A stretch of DNA of 64,000 bases, taken from positions 8,618,001-8,682,000 of the forward strand of contig OZ249445.1 in the NCBI GenBank assembly GCA_965235115.1, read 5' to 3'. The notes beneath the pieces were generated by a model, which made no database searches, was not told where the DNA came from, and worked only from the letters and a program-made list of their open reading frames with translations. Positions 23,561-35,967 of this stretch are shown here, piece by piece (the first letter of the stretch is position 1; each line of letters opens with the position of its first letter). The translations under genes were made by a program, and so were the position numbers. This DNA is from Laetmonice hystrix (taxonomy: Eukaryota).

Positions 23561-23944
23561 ATAGGTCATGGACTGCACTGTTATCTCGGTCACACCCACC
23601 ATTTAGTTTCATCAAATAACTTCCAAGACATACCTGCCTCGCCTTAGTTTGTTCTTTTTGTTAGACTCGTCGTCTAATAGGCCTGTGATTAGTGTATAAA
23701 CCACAGGTCTCTTGGTCTCAGAATTGGTTTAGTGCATGCACTCGAAATTTTGGCATTTACACATTCTGCCAACAAAAGTGCGTCTAACCTTGAAAGGAAT
23801 AAAAATAGGAAATAAAATGGTCTGCACGATTGGTATGTCAAGGGAATGGAATGGAAAATATTTAATGGTACCAATCTGTGAAGAATGGTTTATAGGTTCC
23901 ACATACACACTAGTATACTGGTAATGCAGTGTCTTATCCGTCCA

Positions 23945-24056
23945 GGGCTTGGTTCACAGGCAAAGTCATGTCAAATTTAATTAACTTGAAATCCATTTTA
24001 ACTAATCAGATTCAAGTAAATTAGAATTGACTTGACTTTGCTTGTGAACTGGGCCC
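23945..24056. mobile_element. Near-fully palindromic Harbinger-like MITE
   Basis: Left ccagggcttggttcacaggcaaagtcatgtcaaatttaattaacttgaa pairs with the reverse complement of the right end (ccagggcccagttcacaagcaaagtcaagtcaattctaatttacttgaa). Flanks are CAG and CTG. Confidence 0.82.
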
Positions 24057-27000
24057 TGGGACGGGACACTTGAAGCCTTCGAATTTAGTATCTTCTCTGT
24101 AAGTATGTAGGGTCCAAACTAAAGCTATAGCTCCTTTGTGATCATTTTGCAAACGAGCTAGGTCTTCCTCGCACCGAACAATAGATAATAAAAGTTATTG
24201 TGTGGATAATTAGCTGGAAACTAAGTAGAGACGGTTGGTATTCAGATTACTGGACATTAGCAGTCATTTGAAACTTTTATGTAGGGAATATTGTGACAAG
24301 GTTGACCTATAGAGATTATATTCAGTGCCCCTTAGAGAATTTGATTAGGTTTTAATTAAAGCCACGTATTTGTAAGAATATGTGCGCAGATCATTTTCTA
24401 TATCTTCTGATATGCCAACGCATGGTAGTGAAAAATGTACGGGCGAACAATCATTGTAAAAGATTTGCAGAGCAGAAAAAAACCATATATTATGAGTAAG
24501 CAGTATCAGACCATTGTGCGCATGCGTCGACAACCATCTGGGTATGTAGGTTTCAAAAGGAACTTCAGAGACAAGTTGTCTCGACCTTGAACAAATGTTG
24601 GCACTAAATACGCCGACAGAGATTTCTCAGCATGGCCATTTTTAATGAGAGCTTGCCGGTCCGTGTGAAGCGTGCAGTGTAAACACAAACCTCCTCACCT
24701 ATACGTGATGTTCTAAGCCGTCGCCATCTCTACGTGTCTATTAGTTCAATGAAACAGGACATGCCGTGGCCTACAGACTTGTTTGCTTGTGGTCTTTGTT
24801 TAAGATCCACAAATGACAGTTACATCAGTATCCGTATATTCGTGCAGAATTAACATAGACGCTATTTTTTGTGAGATGGCGATTTTTTAAGGGTTTGTTT
24901 GCTCATCTTGGTTCATCTTTTATCTTCGTTTTTCTTATGAAGGATCGTGGCAGCCTGTCGTTATCAACAAGAATGTCTGAAATGTGCATATGGAGAGATG
25001 TGTAAATATGGGGGCTGTCGGGCTCTCCTAATTGTTTGCATTTGTCTGTCTGTGTATACAAGTGCCCTTGTAATGTGTTCCATGGTGAATAGAAATGTGT
25101 TACTGGGACGCCGGGAGGGGAATATCTCTGTAACACTGCCGCTTACTTTGGTAAATGCTCTATCCTGTAGTTACCTTTAACTAGGACTGTCAATGGACTG
25201 CCCAGAAACCCTGCTCTCCGTGTGTATCTCGTCGTATGCCAGAAGATAATTCGATTATGAGACTTTGTCATCATTGGATCAGTATATCATAGCTTTTGAG
25301 ATAAGTAACAGTGACATCACATGATAATCTTCAATTCTTTCTGTCGTTTTTATTCATTTTTCATTGCATATGTATTTACACGTTTTGAGTAAGTTGTTCG
25401 TAAAATAGCGTTACATGAACAAACATTTCTCAGGGTTCCTAACTGCATGGTGTGGATGGTCATGCTGCTTGTATGGATCTACTCTGAGTGTCTAAAGTTG
25501 TTGAATGAGATGATATCGACCGTTATCGCTCGGTAGCTAGGGGAACGGAGAAAAGGATCTTGAGTTTCAGAACTTTGAGAGTGATCCTCTCTAAAGTAGA
25601 TTGAACACCTTTCCGGTGTGGTCTCCCCATGGTGCAGTGTTTAGCCATGCCTAGACCTCGGTAGCTGTAACATTAACTTTATGAATGAGATTGATGGATT
25701 TAAATGCTTTGCAAAACGAGTCTGTCTTGATAAACTTCCAGTTGTTGCCTCAGCCAATCTATTTGTGAACGCTGGGGAGCCCTGGTATAGTGCCACCTTC
25801 CACAAGCCGCTCTTTTAAAGGTTGCTGTTTACCCAAACATCAACTGTTTACAACTGTTGAACACATTGAATCGTAGCACTCGGTCCGACCCTTGTGCGGC
25901 TAAACAGGCCGAGGAATTAGGTCACGGGGTTTCTCGGACCGTGACGTCAGTTTTGACCCAGATACATGTGATTACAATACGATTAACGCGTGTACAGGTG
26001 GGTCTCCCTAGGTGCTGAACGGTACCGTATAGCGTAACTCACGTGTGTGTGTGGAGAGTGGGGTTAGGAAGCCCATCATCCACGACAGCGCTCCAACATC
26101 TCAAAGAGACAGAGAATGTTAGTTTACTGCCCTGCCTGAAGGACTGCGGCGCGTTCAGTCAAGCCACCAGACAACCAGGTAAGTGAGTACGGGCGTAACT
26201 GAGCCTACACTGAGAACGAAATCGGTACTTGCTTCAGGCGGCGGGACAGCGAGTCTGGCAGCGAGCGGCGGATACCGAGCGCGCCCAGCCGGGGCATTAG
26301 TAGTATGTGAGAGGGGCGTTATGTTCCGCAGACGCTCAGGCCTTTAGGGGCATTTAACGCGCCCGAAACGACAGCTTTAAGCTTCCTTGGCTCTTATATG
26401 CTTGGGTATCGTTTTTAAGTTAGCATAGCACGTAAAGTTCTCCATTTATTTAAGCGGGAGCCGGCTTGGCTTTGCCATGTACCTCCATATATTACCCACA
26501 GGGGCGCCTTGCTCTGTGCGGTTTGGCAGGAGCATTGTACGCTTGACCGGGTCGGATGACCATACATTTTAGTGTGTACCCGAGTGTGGGGGTGACCAAG
26601 GAGGTCAGACATCGTGCTTGACTGGCCTTGACCTGAGTGTTGGTGGTAGAGCAGGAGTGATAAACTATCTGTACCCCTTCACATATCTTTTTCCCAATCT
26701 CTCTCCCTTTGCTGGACCAGTCTGAAAAAATGTAAACAACACTGCATAAAATAAATGCGTTGCCGCCAAACGTAGACGGGGCGGCCTAGACCCTTTCTTC
26801 TGAGCGCACTAGTGTGCCAAGGTCACATGACGACCCCCCCCCCCCTCTCCCCCACAGCCGCCCCTGTGGGGCCAGGCCAACCCGAGAGGGGAGGGTTCGA
26901 CCGGCCGGTCATAGCGTGACTGGGGCTCCCATCAGCAAGCACCGACCCACCTGAGTGCGCGGCCCACCCTCACCTGGCCCCCACCACGCGCCCTTTGCCG

Positions 27001-27408
27001 CCGCCACCGCCACTGCAGTACCCCCAGACTCGGGTTAATGCTACCCTTGTAGAAGGCGTCCTAGTTGTGGAGTTCGCACGGAGAACACAGTTCACTGAAC
27101 ACCTATTTCCTTGCAAGCGTCTCCCTTTGTGTGGGGGTAAAGGCTCGACTCTCCTCCCAACGAGCTACCTCGTTTTCTGACATGCTACCCGCCATGAACT
27201 GCATGGCTAAGGCGAATACACCTATAATCTGGTATATACTAATGATCACCGGACCATTTCGTAAGCTTACGATGATAAGCATCGTGACGGAATTATGTCA
27301 TGAGTAGGCCTAAAGTTCATGAATGAAGGAAATTGGTGGTGATCCCTCACTCCTTACTCGTATGTCAGCATAGCTGCATTGTCAGGGGACTTGTTTGCCA
27401 GTTGTAAT

Positions 27409-27530
27409 CATGCATGTGCGCGTCGGTGCGTGTATGCATGCATGCATGCAGTATATGCATGTTTGTATGGATGCATGTATATAAATATATGTTTGTTGTG
27501 TGCATGCATGGTACATATGCGTCATTATAT
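27409..27530. repeat. (CATG/TGCA/TATG)n low-complexity tract
   Basis: Read directly; it explains the spurious overlapping ORFs at 27365-27600. Confidence 0.8.
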
Positions 27531-28848
27531 TTGTAGACAAGTATATGTACCACGTGTGCGTTTATCTTTATTTATATGTAGAAAGATTGTGTATAGGTAG
27601 GGAATGATATGTACACGAATGTACGTCTATTAGAGTGTTCAATATAAATCACTTTATATCTGAAGGTTTCCATGGACACTGTACACTATGCCATGATAGC
27701 GCCTTGCATGTGTTGGAAATTTGTCCGCGCTAGAACTGTATCCGTCCTTGTTAGTGAAATAACTATACATATTAACCTGAATAAGCCATCGCAACTCATT
27801 ATCCCATACCCCCATCCAGTCACAGGTGCATAGCTACCGTTCACTTGCTCCATATCTCACTCAGACAAAAATGTTTCTAAAAAGGAGGCCATGTTGACAT
27901 GTAGGACTCGATGGTAGATAAGAGGCAGTGCCCACTCTGCCCCATGCAGCGACATCAGGGGAGATTAGATACATGATAGAGAAACTACATGACTGCAGAG
28001 ATGGGCCTCGCGCCAAAAGCATGTCGACGGGCCAAGTTCATTACATGTACGTATGGTAGGCCTACATCTGAGGCGAAAAATGGGGGTGGGGGCTAATACG
28101 GTAGGATGTTGTGTGAAACAGCCGAGCCGTGCCGAGAGTCGTCACAGTCCAGGCCTCCTGAATGAGGCCCCAGTTAAGGAAACTGGGTCATTCTGTTTCG
28201 GGGAACCCTGAACGAAGGACAAGACGCTGTTAAAATGAGAGACGTTCATAAGCGAAAGTACTTTCGCTGCATATTGTCATGGCACCTTTTGACCTACCAT
28301 TAGTATATGATCACCTTGTGACTATAACAGTCATGTCGCAGATGGGGAGGTCAAGTATCAGCTAAAGTGTCGTATCGCTTTGGGCCTTCAGAACGTGCTC
28401 GAGTATCAAGCACTGTGAAAGGTCCGTGCTTTTTCTGCGGGCCTTTAGAATAAACTGTATCCGATCCTACACGAACAACCATAGACCATACAAACCCAAG
28501 GGTCCATGCACCCTGTTGGGACAGTGTTCAAGTGTCAATATATATTTCCGTTCAGGTTTGTTTGAGGCTGTTTAAGGAAAAGGGGAGTGGGATTAAAGGT
28601 CTGAGGTCATGGCGGCGGTGGAGGACTGAGGGCAGACGATGGCCGATAGAGGTAAGCACTCCTTTCAGGATCCCAACACGCAGCAATGACAATTACCATA
28701 CCGGGCGGTCAGTCACCTGACCAAACGCAAGTCAGCTACCCCCGCCCTCTACCTATACGTGCCGTGGTGTCCGACCGGCCGCCAGACAATCGTTACACAA
28801 AGTCAACCAGGACGTCCCTCCAGCATGGGATCTCACACCACTAGATCA

Positions 28849-29026
28849 CCATCGTAACATCAACCCCGCGAAAGATGGTGTTAATAATTAAAAAAATGAT
28901 CACTATTTCTAGCTCCAAACTTAGCCATAACGCCTACACCCGGTCCCTATCCCTCCCCAAACATCTCAACCCTAGCCTTGACCCTAAACCCTAGCCCCCC
29001 CCAGGTTCGTAGGAATATTACCATGG
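28849..29026 (+). mobile_element. Dispersed repeat family, copy 1: CCATGGTAAYAT-type inverted ends with a CCCTAA-like interior
   Basis: Left ccatcgtaacat, right atattaccatgg, interior aaccctagccttgaccctaaaccctagccc. Colinear blocks are shared with the copies at 33113, 35856 and 61285. Confidence 0.7.
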
Positions 29027-29697
29027 CAATGGGGGGGGGGGGGTCTGAGACGGTGTGCCAGTTGGCATCTGACCGATGGGACAGGTCACATGACAGCTCC
29101 AGACCACGTGACCCCCAACCCCTGCCAGGGACCACCAAGATGGTGGCCACCCACTTGGGAGCCGTTTATAAATCATTTTGAGGGTAGTGTCCCGCGGCGT
29201 GGAAACAAGAAAATCTTTGAGGTTCATTATTGTCCTTCAGAATTTACGGAGTCAAAGTATGCTTTGAGGTACATAAATGTTTGTCTATGGTGAATAAAAC
29301 AAGAACAAGTAGTGAAGTCGGTGACAGTAACGGTACGAGTCGCCAAGCTGCCTTGAAGTGGTCCCAGGCCGGACTCGGGTCGGTCCCAGTACAGATATTT
29401 CTTCAACGTTCACCATTCCTTTGGGACACCATAATGGCTTTATAAGGTGATCCTCAGAACCCCTCAAACGGGTAGGCCGACAGGTGGATTGTAGGGGGGA
29501 ATTACTCTGCGCATTTTTTTTTATATATATTCGGAGGGGGGGGGATTTAGACTTGCATTAAAACACTGACAGACTGTGCCACTAATGTAGAGGTCGCGGT
29601 CGGCACGAGCAGACTCTACTATCTGAATTCTTGGAAGTGTGATAGCCGTACTGTGTTACATCAACGTGTGTGTATGTGTATCGAGGAAAAACTCCTC

Positions 29698-30050
29698 TGA
29701 TGTATGATAATACCCAGGACAAGTGTAGCTCATGGTTACTCTGATATGTGATAATACCCAGGACAAGTGTAGCCCATGATTACTCTGATATGTGATAATA
29801 CCCAGGACAAGTGTAGCTCATGGTTACTCTGATATGTGATAATACCCAGGACAAGTGTTGCTCATGATTACTCTGATATGTGATAATACCCAGGACAAGT
29901 GTAGCTCATGGTTACTCTGATATGTGATAATACCCAGGACAAGTGTAGCTCATGGTTACTCTGATATGTGATAATACCCAGGACAAGTGTAGCTCATGGT
30001 TACTCTGATATGTGATAATACCCAGGACAAGACTGTGTAGCTCATGGTTA
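29698..30050. repeat. 44-bp minisatellite, 8 copies
   Basis: Unit TGATATGTGATAATACCCAGGACAAGTGTAGCTCATGGTTACTC. Copies start every 44 bp from 29698 to 30006 with 0-3 substitutions each; the last copy has a short insertion and is truncated. Confidence 0.97.
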
Positions 30051-32123
30051 TGTGACAAGTAGTGAACGGGAGAGCCGGGAGGAGGAGAGACAGTGGATTT
30101 GCCCTGCCCCCTCCCACGGGCCACACACGTTCGAGTCACACGTCGAATAATTGGTGTAGATTCTCTATCCCTTCTTCCTCAGTAATACGCCGTATCTTTG
30201 CCCTTAAAACGCTCCACGGCACGTACCTGGGCGCAGTAAAGATTGTTTGTCTTCCATTTCAGTTTATCTCCCCGTGTAAAGGTAGTCTGACGCTTTTTAT
30301 TCTTGTCTCGGTTCAGTTGCACTTTCCCTAAAGACCCTGCTTGGATCAATAGCCCGCAGGTAGAACCATCAGGGATAAATCAGACTCATCAGAACTTGGT
30401 AGGCCGTTGAATAAACGTTATTGACAAGGCCAGGCCAGGTGGGACGGCCATAAAGTTTAATTGCCAACGCTTGAGGTGCGCCAGAAGGAGGCAGTGACTG
30501 CTGACTTGGCCGGTTGGACAGGCCGGCGGAACCCGTCATGGGTCGTAAGTTTAATGTCGTCCTAAATATTGTTTTTTGAAATACGATGTCAAAAGGAGCT
30601 GCGGGATAAGTGTCGGCTGAATGTTTTCATGCGGGAAGAATATAAACAGCAAGGTGAATGTTCTACAGAGGGATTGAATGCGGTGGGTATTCGCTCTGCT
30701 GGGGGCAACCTAATGACGTCCAGACGTATAGAAATAACCGGTCGTTTGGACCTGTGTAAAGGAATTACCCACCATTGATTTTAAAATAAATTCCATATTA
30801 TAGAAGTATATTCTTAGTTCATGGCAGAAGTGGACGAATCAGGGCGATGTGCATGGTTATATCCGATAGCAATATCACATAGATTGGTGTACAGTGCACT
30901 CGTAGAGGTCATGAGGTGTTTCTTGACGACTAGACCCGACCTGACCAATGATAGGTCATGTAGGTAAATACTAATTTAATCACGACATTTTACGCATGGC
31001 CATTCGTCTTGCCGTGCTGACCGTTGGTGACATGCATGCAAGCGGGAGACTTCATTGTTGGTTTTTTGGGGTGACGGCTGACAAATCAAAGAGATGCTAC
31101 TAAGGTTGCCCCGTCTTTTGCAAGCACTGAATATTTGTGAAAGAATAACTCGATATGGTGCATGGCATATGCCCTCATCTGTAAAAGTTCACGGTCTGGG
31201 GCATATGCTTTGTGTCAGCTCTGTTGGAGGAATCGTAGAAAGCTGCAGGAAATAAAACAACATTATGAACATAAACAAGTGCGGATGAACTAGCCTTATA
31301 TAAAATGTGGTTGCCCCTTTTTGGTAGAATCGTGCGTGGTCAGCAAGAACTATGGGTGTAATGTTCTCCTGACTTACAAACCTTTTGAAGGTGGCTGAGG
31401 TGGGGAATGGATTACCCTCCTACTGAGAAAAAAAGGTAACCCAACTTGGAGGTGGTTTACTAGGCTGTCGTCATATGGGCGAGCTATCAGTGTGCATATC
31501 TGGTTAATAGGCCCGTCTTCAACCCCAGGAATTCAAAAACTTCACTTGGTCCTGTACTGATACACGCCGGTCTAAACTCGCTGCAGACACCCCTGTCAGC
31601 AGCTGGTACTTGGTAAGGTAGCTAGTGTCACGACTAATATGTGGTAATGGCGACTTGGCAAGCCACGGAGTTGGCAAGATGTCTTTTGTCTTCCAGCCAG
31701 GTAGTTGAGTTTGGTGATGATTAGGACTACATTATACTTACCAGAACAGGTCATTTAAGTATGTTTAAATACAATTAGCGGAGGATATAATTACGTAGTT
31801 ATGGATCGAGACTGGGTCTCGTTTCTTAAATACAACAATTAGTGAATACTTTATTGAGGAGCGCAGAAAATATGAGAGTTTTTGGACACTTGTGTCGGCG
31901 TCTATTCGACAAGAGAAAAACAGGCCAGTATTGTCTGCTAATGGTGGTTCCAATCCTATGAGAACTTCTGAATTACATGTCGGATATGTTAAAAGTCTTG
32001 ATAGCATGTGGGACCTTCTTGGTCATTTAATGGACGAAACGCCAGCTGTGTCTTTGATGCCTTTGGTCATCCCGCGGGAACCCAATCGATCGACAGTCAC
32101 GTGGTTGCCCGAGGCATCACACA

Positions 32124-32136
32124 CGCCATCTGGTGG
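32124..32136 (-). promoter_or_regulatory. CTCF-like motif
   Basis: Reverse complement is CCACCAGATGGCG. A second AGGGGGCGC core lies at 32152-32160. Confidence 0.45.
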
Positions 32137-32174
32137 TGACCGCGACGTCAAAGGGGGCGCTGCCATCAAAGATA

Positions 32175-32300
32175 TTGTCGTCAGGGGTGTATCTGGTTGT
32201 TGCTGGATAGGGGTTGTCGTCAAGGGTGTATCGGGTTGTTGGATAGGCGACCAGGGTTGTCATCAAGGATGTGTTGGACTGTCAGATAGGCGACCAGGGA
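32175..32300. repeat. Degenerate 39-43-bp tandem repeat, 3 units
   Basis: TTGTC(G/A)TCA..GGTGT at 32175, 32214 and 32257; GATAGGCGACCAGGG at 32242 and 32285. Confidence 0.75.
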
Positions 32301-32781
32301 TGCTAGGGTTTGAAGGTCAACTTTAACGTAATGACAACTTGACAGCGCTATTAGCCTACTCTATGTGGCACTTTTTGTATGGTCTCATGACCCCCTCCCC
32401 AAAAAGAGTTAGAACACATACAAATTGTATAAAAGACAATTTCAGACATTAATTTTAGGATGGAAATGTCAGATTTTAAGGGACGACTTAATTCGCTTTG
32501 ATCGCCCGGCGATCTACCCTTTTAGAACTAACTACGAAGTCGCCGCACTGGATCACTGGACTATGACTTAACCTCAAGGCAACCATGATCAACTTCTGCT
32601 GTTATATAACATTTAATAGAGCCACACCTTGGCTATTACCAACGAGACTAGGCAGAGCTATTACAGACGGCACTTGTGAAGCACTTACCAAGGTGCATAA
32701 AGGTTAATTGGGGAGCAGCCCCGTTATCGTCTAATTAAGCCCAAGGTCGCTGACCAACAACAGCGGCAGGCATGGTGGCCA

Positions 32782-32797
32782 AGGTTATACAAGGTCA
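32782..32797 (+). promoter_or_regulatory. DR4-like nuclear-receptor element within a CAAGGT cluster
   Basis: AGGTTA-taca-AGGTCA, with five CAAGGT hexamers between 32625 and 32797. Confidence 0.35.
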
Positions 32798-33112
32798 ATA
32801 GTGAGTAACATGTGCACGAATATTCTAGTACGTAACCTTTTTGATTATTAGATATCGAAGAATGATTTATGGGCTTTGGGTTTGTGATATATGTGTACAT
32901 TTTGGATATAGTAGTGACAGGCTGAGGTGTTAAAAGGATATAAAACTCGTAATGATTAGGTAAATTGCTGTGTAAAAAATAGCTCGGGGCACGTTTGATT
33001 CGTACCGATAACTTTCGCAGAGTTTGGGGGTCGCTGTCCAAAGGCAGGTTAGAAAGCTGTCGCACGCAGCTGCCTCTTCAACCAGGGTTATAGGGCGCCG
33101 CCTGGGGGGTTC

Positions 33113-33305
33113 CCATGGTAACATTCCCATGATATTGGAGGTAGGGCTTAGGGTTAGGGGTAGGGCTATGGATTGAGATAAGGGGGGGGGTGTTGAGGGG
33201 GCTGAGGACCGGGATTAGGGGGTAGGGTAAGGTTTGTATAATTAGATTAGAGTAGCAGGAGCTATGACCTCATAGCTAGCATTATTATTGTGTATATCAT
33301 TCTGA
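33113..33305 (-). mobile_element. Telomere-like dispersed repeat family, copy 2
   Basis: ccatggtaacattcccatga...tagggcttagggttaggggtagggct...ggaccgggattaggg aligns to the reverse complement of copy 1. Confidence 0.65.
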
Positions 33306-34755
33306 TAGGAGCAATGACCCAATAGCTCGCATATTAGTGTGTACAGTGTATATCGATAGACATTGTTTAAACAGATTAAAGATTAACTGCGGCTAACATA
33401 TGGAAAATCGCAACTCTCATGTATACAGATATAACATTTTACCATTCTCGGTGGTGCCGTGGGAAACGCCAATACAATAATCCATGGTGAGACCGTTACT
33501 ATCCCACTAAAAGGTATCTGAATGGAACCGTGGCAAAAGTAATCCCCTCGGTCATAGGACCCTCAAACATGGTAATTCTCAAAGAAACTCTATCGCTTGT
33601 GTGACTCCCTCTAAATCCTTATACAGGATTAGGCTACCATATATTTCACTGCGGAAATATGTATGATTCTTGCGTACCAGCGGTAGTCTATGAGGAGATC
33701 CAGCTAGATGGAAATTAAGGTTCGATATATTCAAATGGCTTATGTTGTTCCATAAAACCACTGGCGATATGAATCTCTCAGGGCCTCACGTGAGCAACTG
33801 CGTTGGATCAATTTAAACATGTTACCATCATTTTGCACAAGGGCTCGAAGAAAGAGAGAAAAAAGAGACACAATTCAGAGAAAGCAAACATGCTGAGCAT
33901 ACAACCTTGTGTAATTTACCGCCCAGTCAGATCTGGGTCGGGGCAGAGCAAGACGTTGTGCGTGAGCTGTCAAATGCTTGTCGCAGGTCAATGTTTGTGG
34001 TTGTCATACATCGGGGCAACAAAGGTGGCCACAAACGCTGGGGATGGGTCGTGCACTGTCTTGTCATCCATTTGTGTTCGACGATGATGTTTAGTGAAGA
34101 TGCTCCGGTGTTTACTTACTATGTTCTTCTGCAGGCGTTGGTCTGTCCCGGCCCAGGCCAGTGTCAGGAGGGGAACCCTCTAGCAACTATAAAGGCTAGC
34201 TACAACCCCCTTATGTACACACATCTCTCAGGGCAACTATACGTTGAATGCTATTGCTGCTTCAACATGAATAGATAACGGATTCTTTCTGCAAATTCTA
34301 GATCAAGTATATGAATTTTACGGAAGGCTTTTCTTCGTTATGGTTCATAAATAGCATATGAAACATGATGTGGTCGCCTTCTCATGTGATCCAGATTCAT
34401 TATCTTGTCTTGTCCATTACCAAATAATCTGTTTTCGCGGAGTAAAGCATGTAAGGAAGTCAAGTATCAAGTAGTTCAAAGTCCCATAACCATGTTTCTT
34501 TATTGTTCTGTAAGGATGAAAACATTTGTCAGAAGCAGCGGACTTGTCCAGGTTTTGCTTACGAGGCAGTGTTGACGCATAAGGAGACATCATCTGACTC
34601 ATGAATAATTCATTCGATATTTAATACTGCGTGGGAGCAGAAGTGTCTACGATCAAGTCTGCGAAGTTTGTTGAATGACCATGTCTTGCATAGAAATCAT
34701 AGAGTATACCAAGATGTGGCAATTGTTCGGGAACACCTGACACCGGAAGGAGTAA

Positions 34756-34769
34756 GCGCCATCTGGTGA
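34756..34769 (-). promoter_or_regulatory. CTCF-like motif
   Basis: Reverse complement is TCACCAGATGGCGC (one mismatch). Confidence 0.4.
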
Positions 34770-35424
34770 CTTCAAAACAAGTCAATATCCCACAGGGTTG
34801 GGGGCGTTTATCGATACAGATTTGAAACCCTACTACACGTTCCTAGTGCATAATATATTATGGGCCTAAACTAACTGCCTGTTTGGAAATAAATTCTGCG
34901 GTTAGTCTGGGGCTATTTGGGATGGAAAGGAGGGGAGTTTAGCTCTCGTAGGGGCAAACAGCGCAGAACTGTTTACTTGAGCCATACCCTGGCCTTTATA
35001 TTTACTCAACAAGCCCCAACACAAGATACCAACAAAACATATGTGCTGCATATTGCGGTGTCACATGATAGGGAGAGTACTTGGGGGGGTAGTGGCGGGA
35101 GTGATGGGGGTTGGGTGGAGAAGGGCTGGGTGGGATGGGGGTGGGTAAGTTTCCCTATGACAAACCGTGTTTTAAGTCTCAAATGACTCGATGAATAATT
35201 CATCGCCAGAGAGGTCGGCGTCATACTGTGACGGTTGCAGAGTGATCTGCTCTTATTTGTGCATTGATACTGACAGCCAGCCAAACAGATTAACGTTGTA
35301 GAACCATTGTGCTTGACTCGGCAAAACTAACCTATAAACAGTCTTTAGGGATCAAAATACGTTTGGTAAAGGAGACAGAATGAATGTATCAATCATAAAA
35401 TGTTTCGTATGGTCTTCATGCATG

Positions 35425-35504
35425 CATGAATATTTACATGTGTACATGAATATTTACATGTGAACATGAATATTTACATGTGAACATGAATATTTACATG
35501 TGTA
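35425..35504. repeat. 20-bp tandem repeat, 4 copies, with related sequence continuing at 35774-35820
   Basis: Unit CATGAATATTTACATGTG(T/A)A. Confidence 0.93.
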
Positions 35505-35527
35505 CATGTATGTGCTTGACATGTATT

Positions 35528-35773
35528 CAGGGCCGGATCCAGGATTCTTAGAAAGGGGGGGGGCGTAGGCGCAAAGCCCCAGGGGGGTCTGGGGGACCTC
35601 CCCCGAAAAATTTGAAAATTCATGTTTGTCAGATGCATTTTCCCGGCATCTGAGAAAAGAACTGTTCCTTTTTTTCAGGGGGCAAAGTACTGGTAAAATT
35701 CCAGTCTAAAAAATCATTACTCTGCCAAAAATAGGGGGGCGTACGCCCCCCACGCCCCCTGGATCCGGCCCTG
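35528..35773. mobile_element. CAGGGCCGGATCCAGG MITE with 6-bp TSD
   Basis: Perfect 16-bp TIR. TGTATT is duplicated at 35522-35527 and 35774-35779. Confidence 0.93.
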
Positions 35774-35855
35774 TGTATTTACATGTGTACATGCGTGTAC
35801 ATGTACATGTGAACATGTGTTTAGATAATCCACAAGTCTTATCCCGGTAGGTCGT

Positions 35856-35967
35856 CATGGTAGTAATATCTCAAGAAACCTTGGTGATAACTAAAAATCT
35901 ATCCCAATACGTAACCCTGTCCTTAACCTTAACCCCTACGGACAGTTTCATGGGACTATTACTATGG
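35856..35967 (+). mobile_element. Telomere-like dispersed repeat family, copy 3 (short)
   Basis: catggtagtaatatc...ccttaaccttaaccccta...catgggactattactatgg. Confidence 0.55.

Noticed and set aside
28251-28268. Perfect 18-bp palindrome AGCGAAAGTACTTTCGCT
   Set aside because: About 0.25 such palindromes are expected by chance in 64 kb, and there is no supporting context.
29698-30050. CRISPR array
   Set aside because: Units are contiguous with no unique spacers, there are no cas genes, and the context is eukaryotic.
31892-32326. 144-aa ORF with repeated GVSGC-WIG peptides
   Set aside because: The repeat periods (39 and 43 bp) do not preserve frame, so the peptide repeat is a by-product of the DNA repeat.
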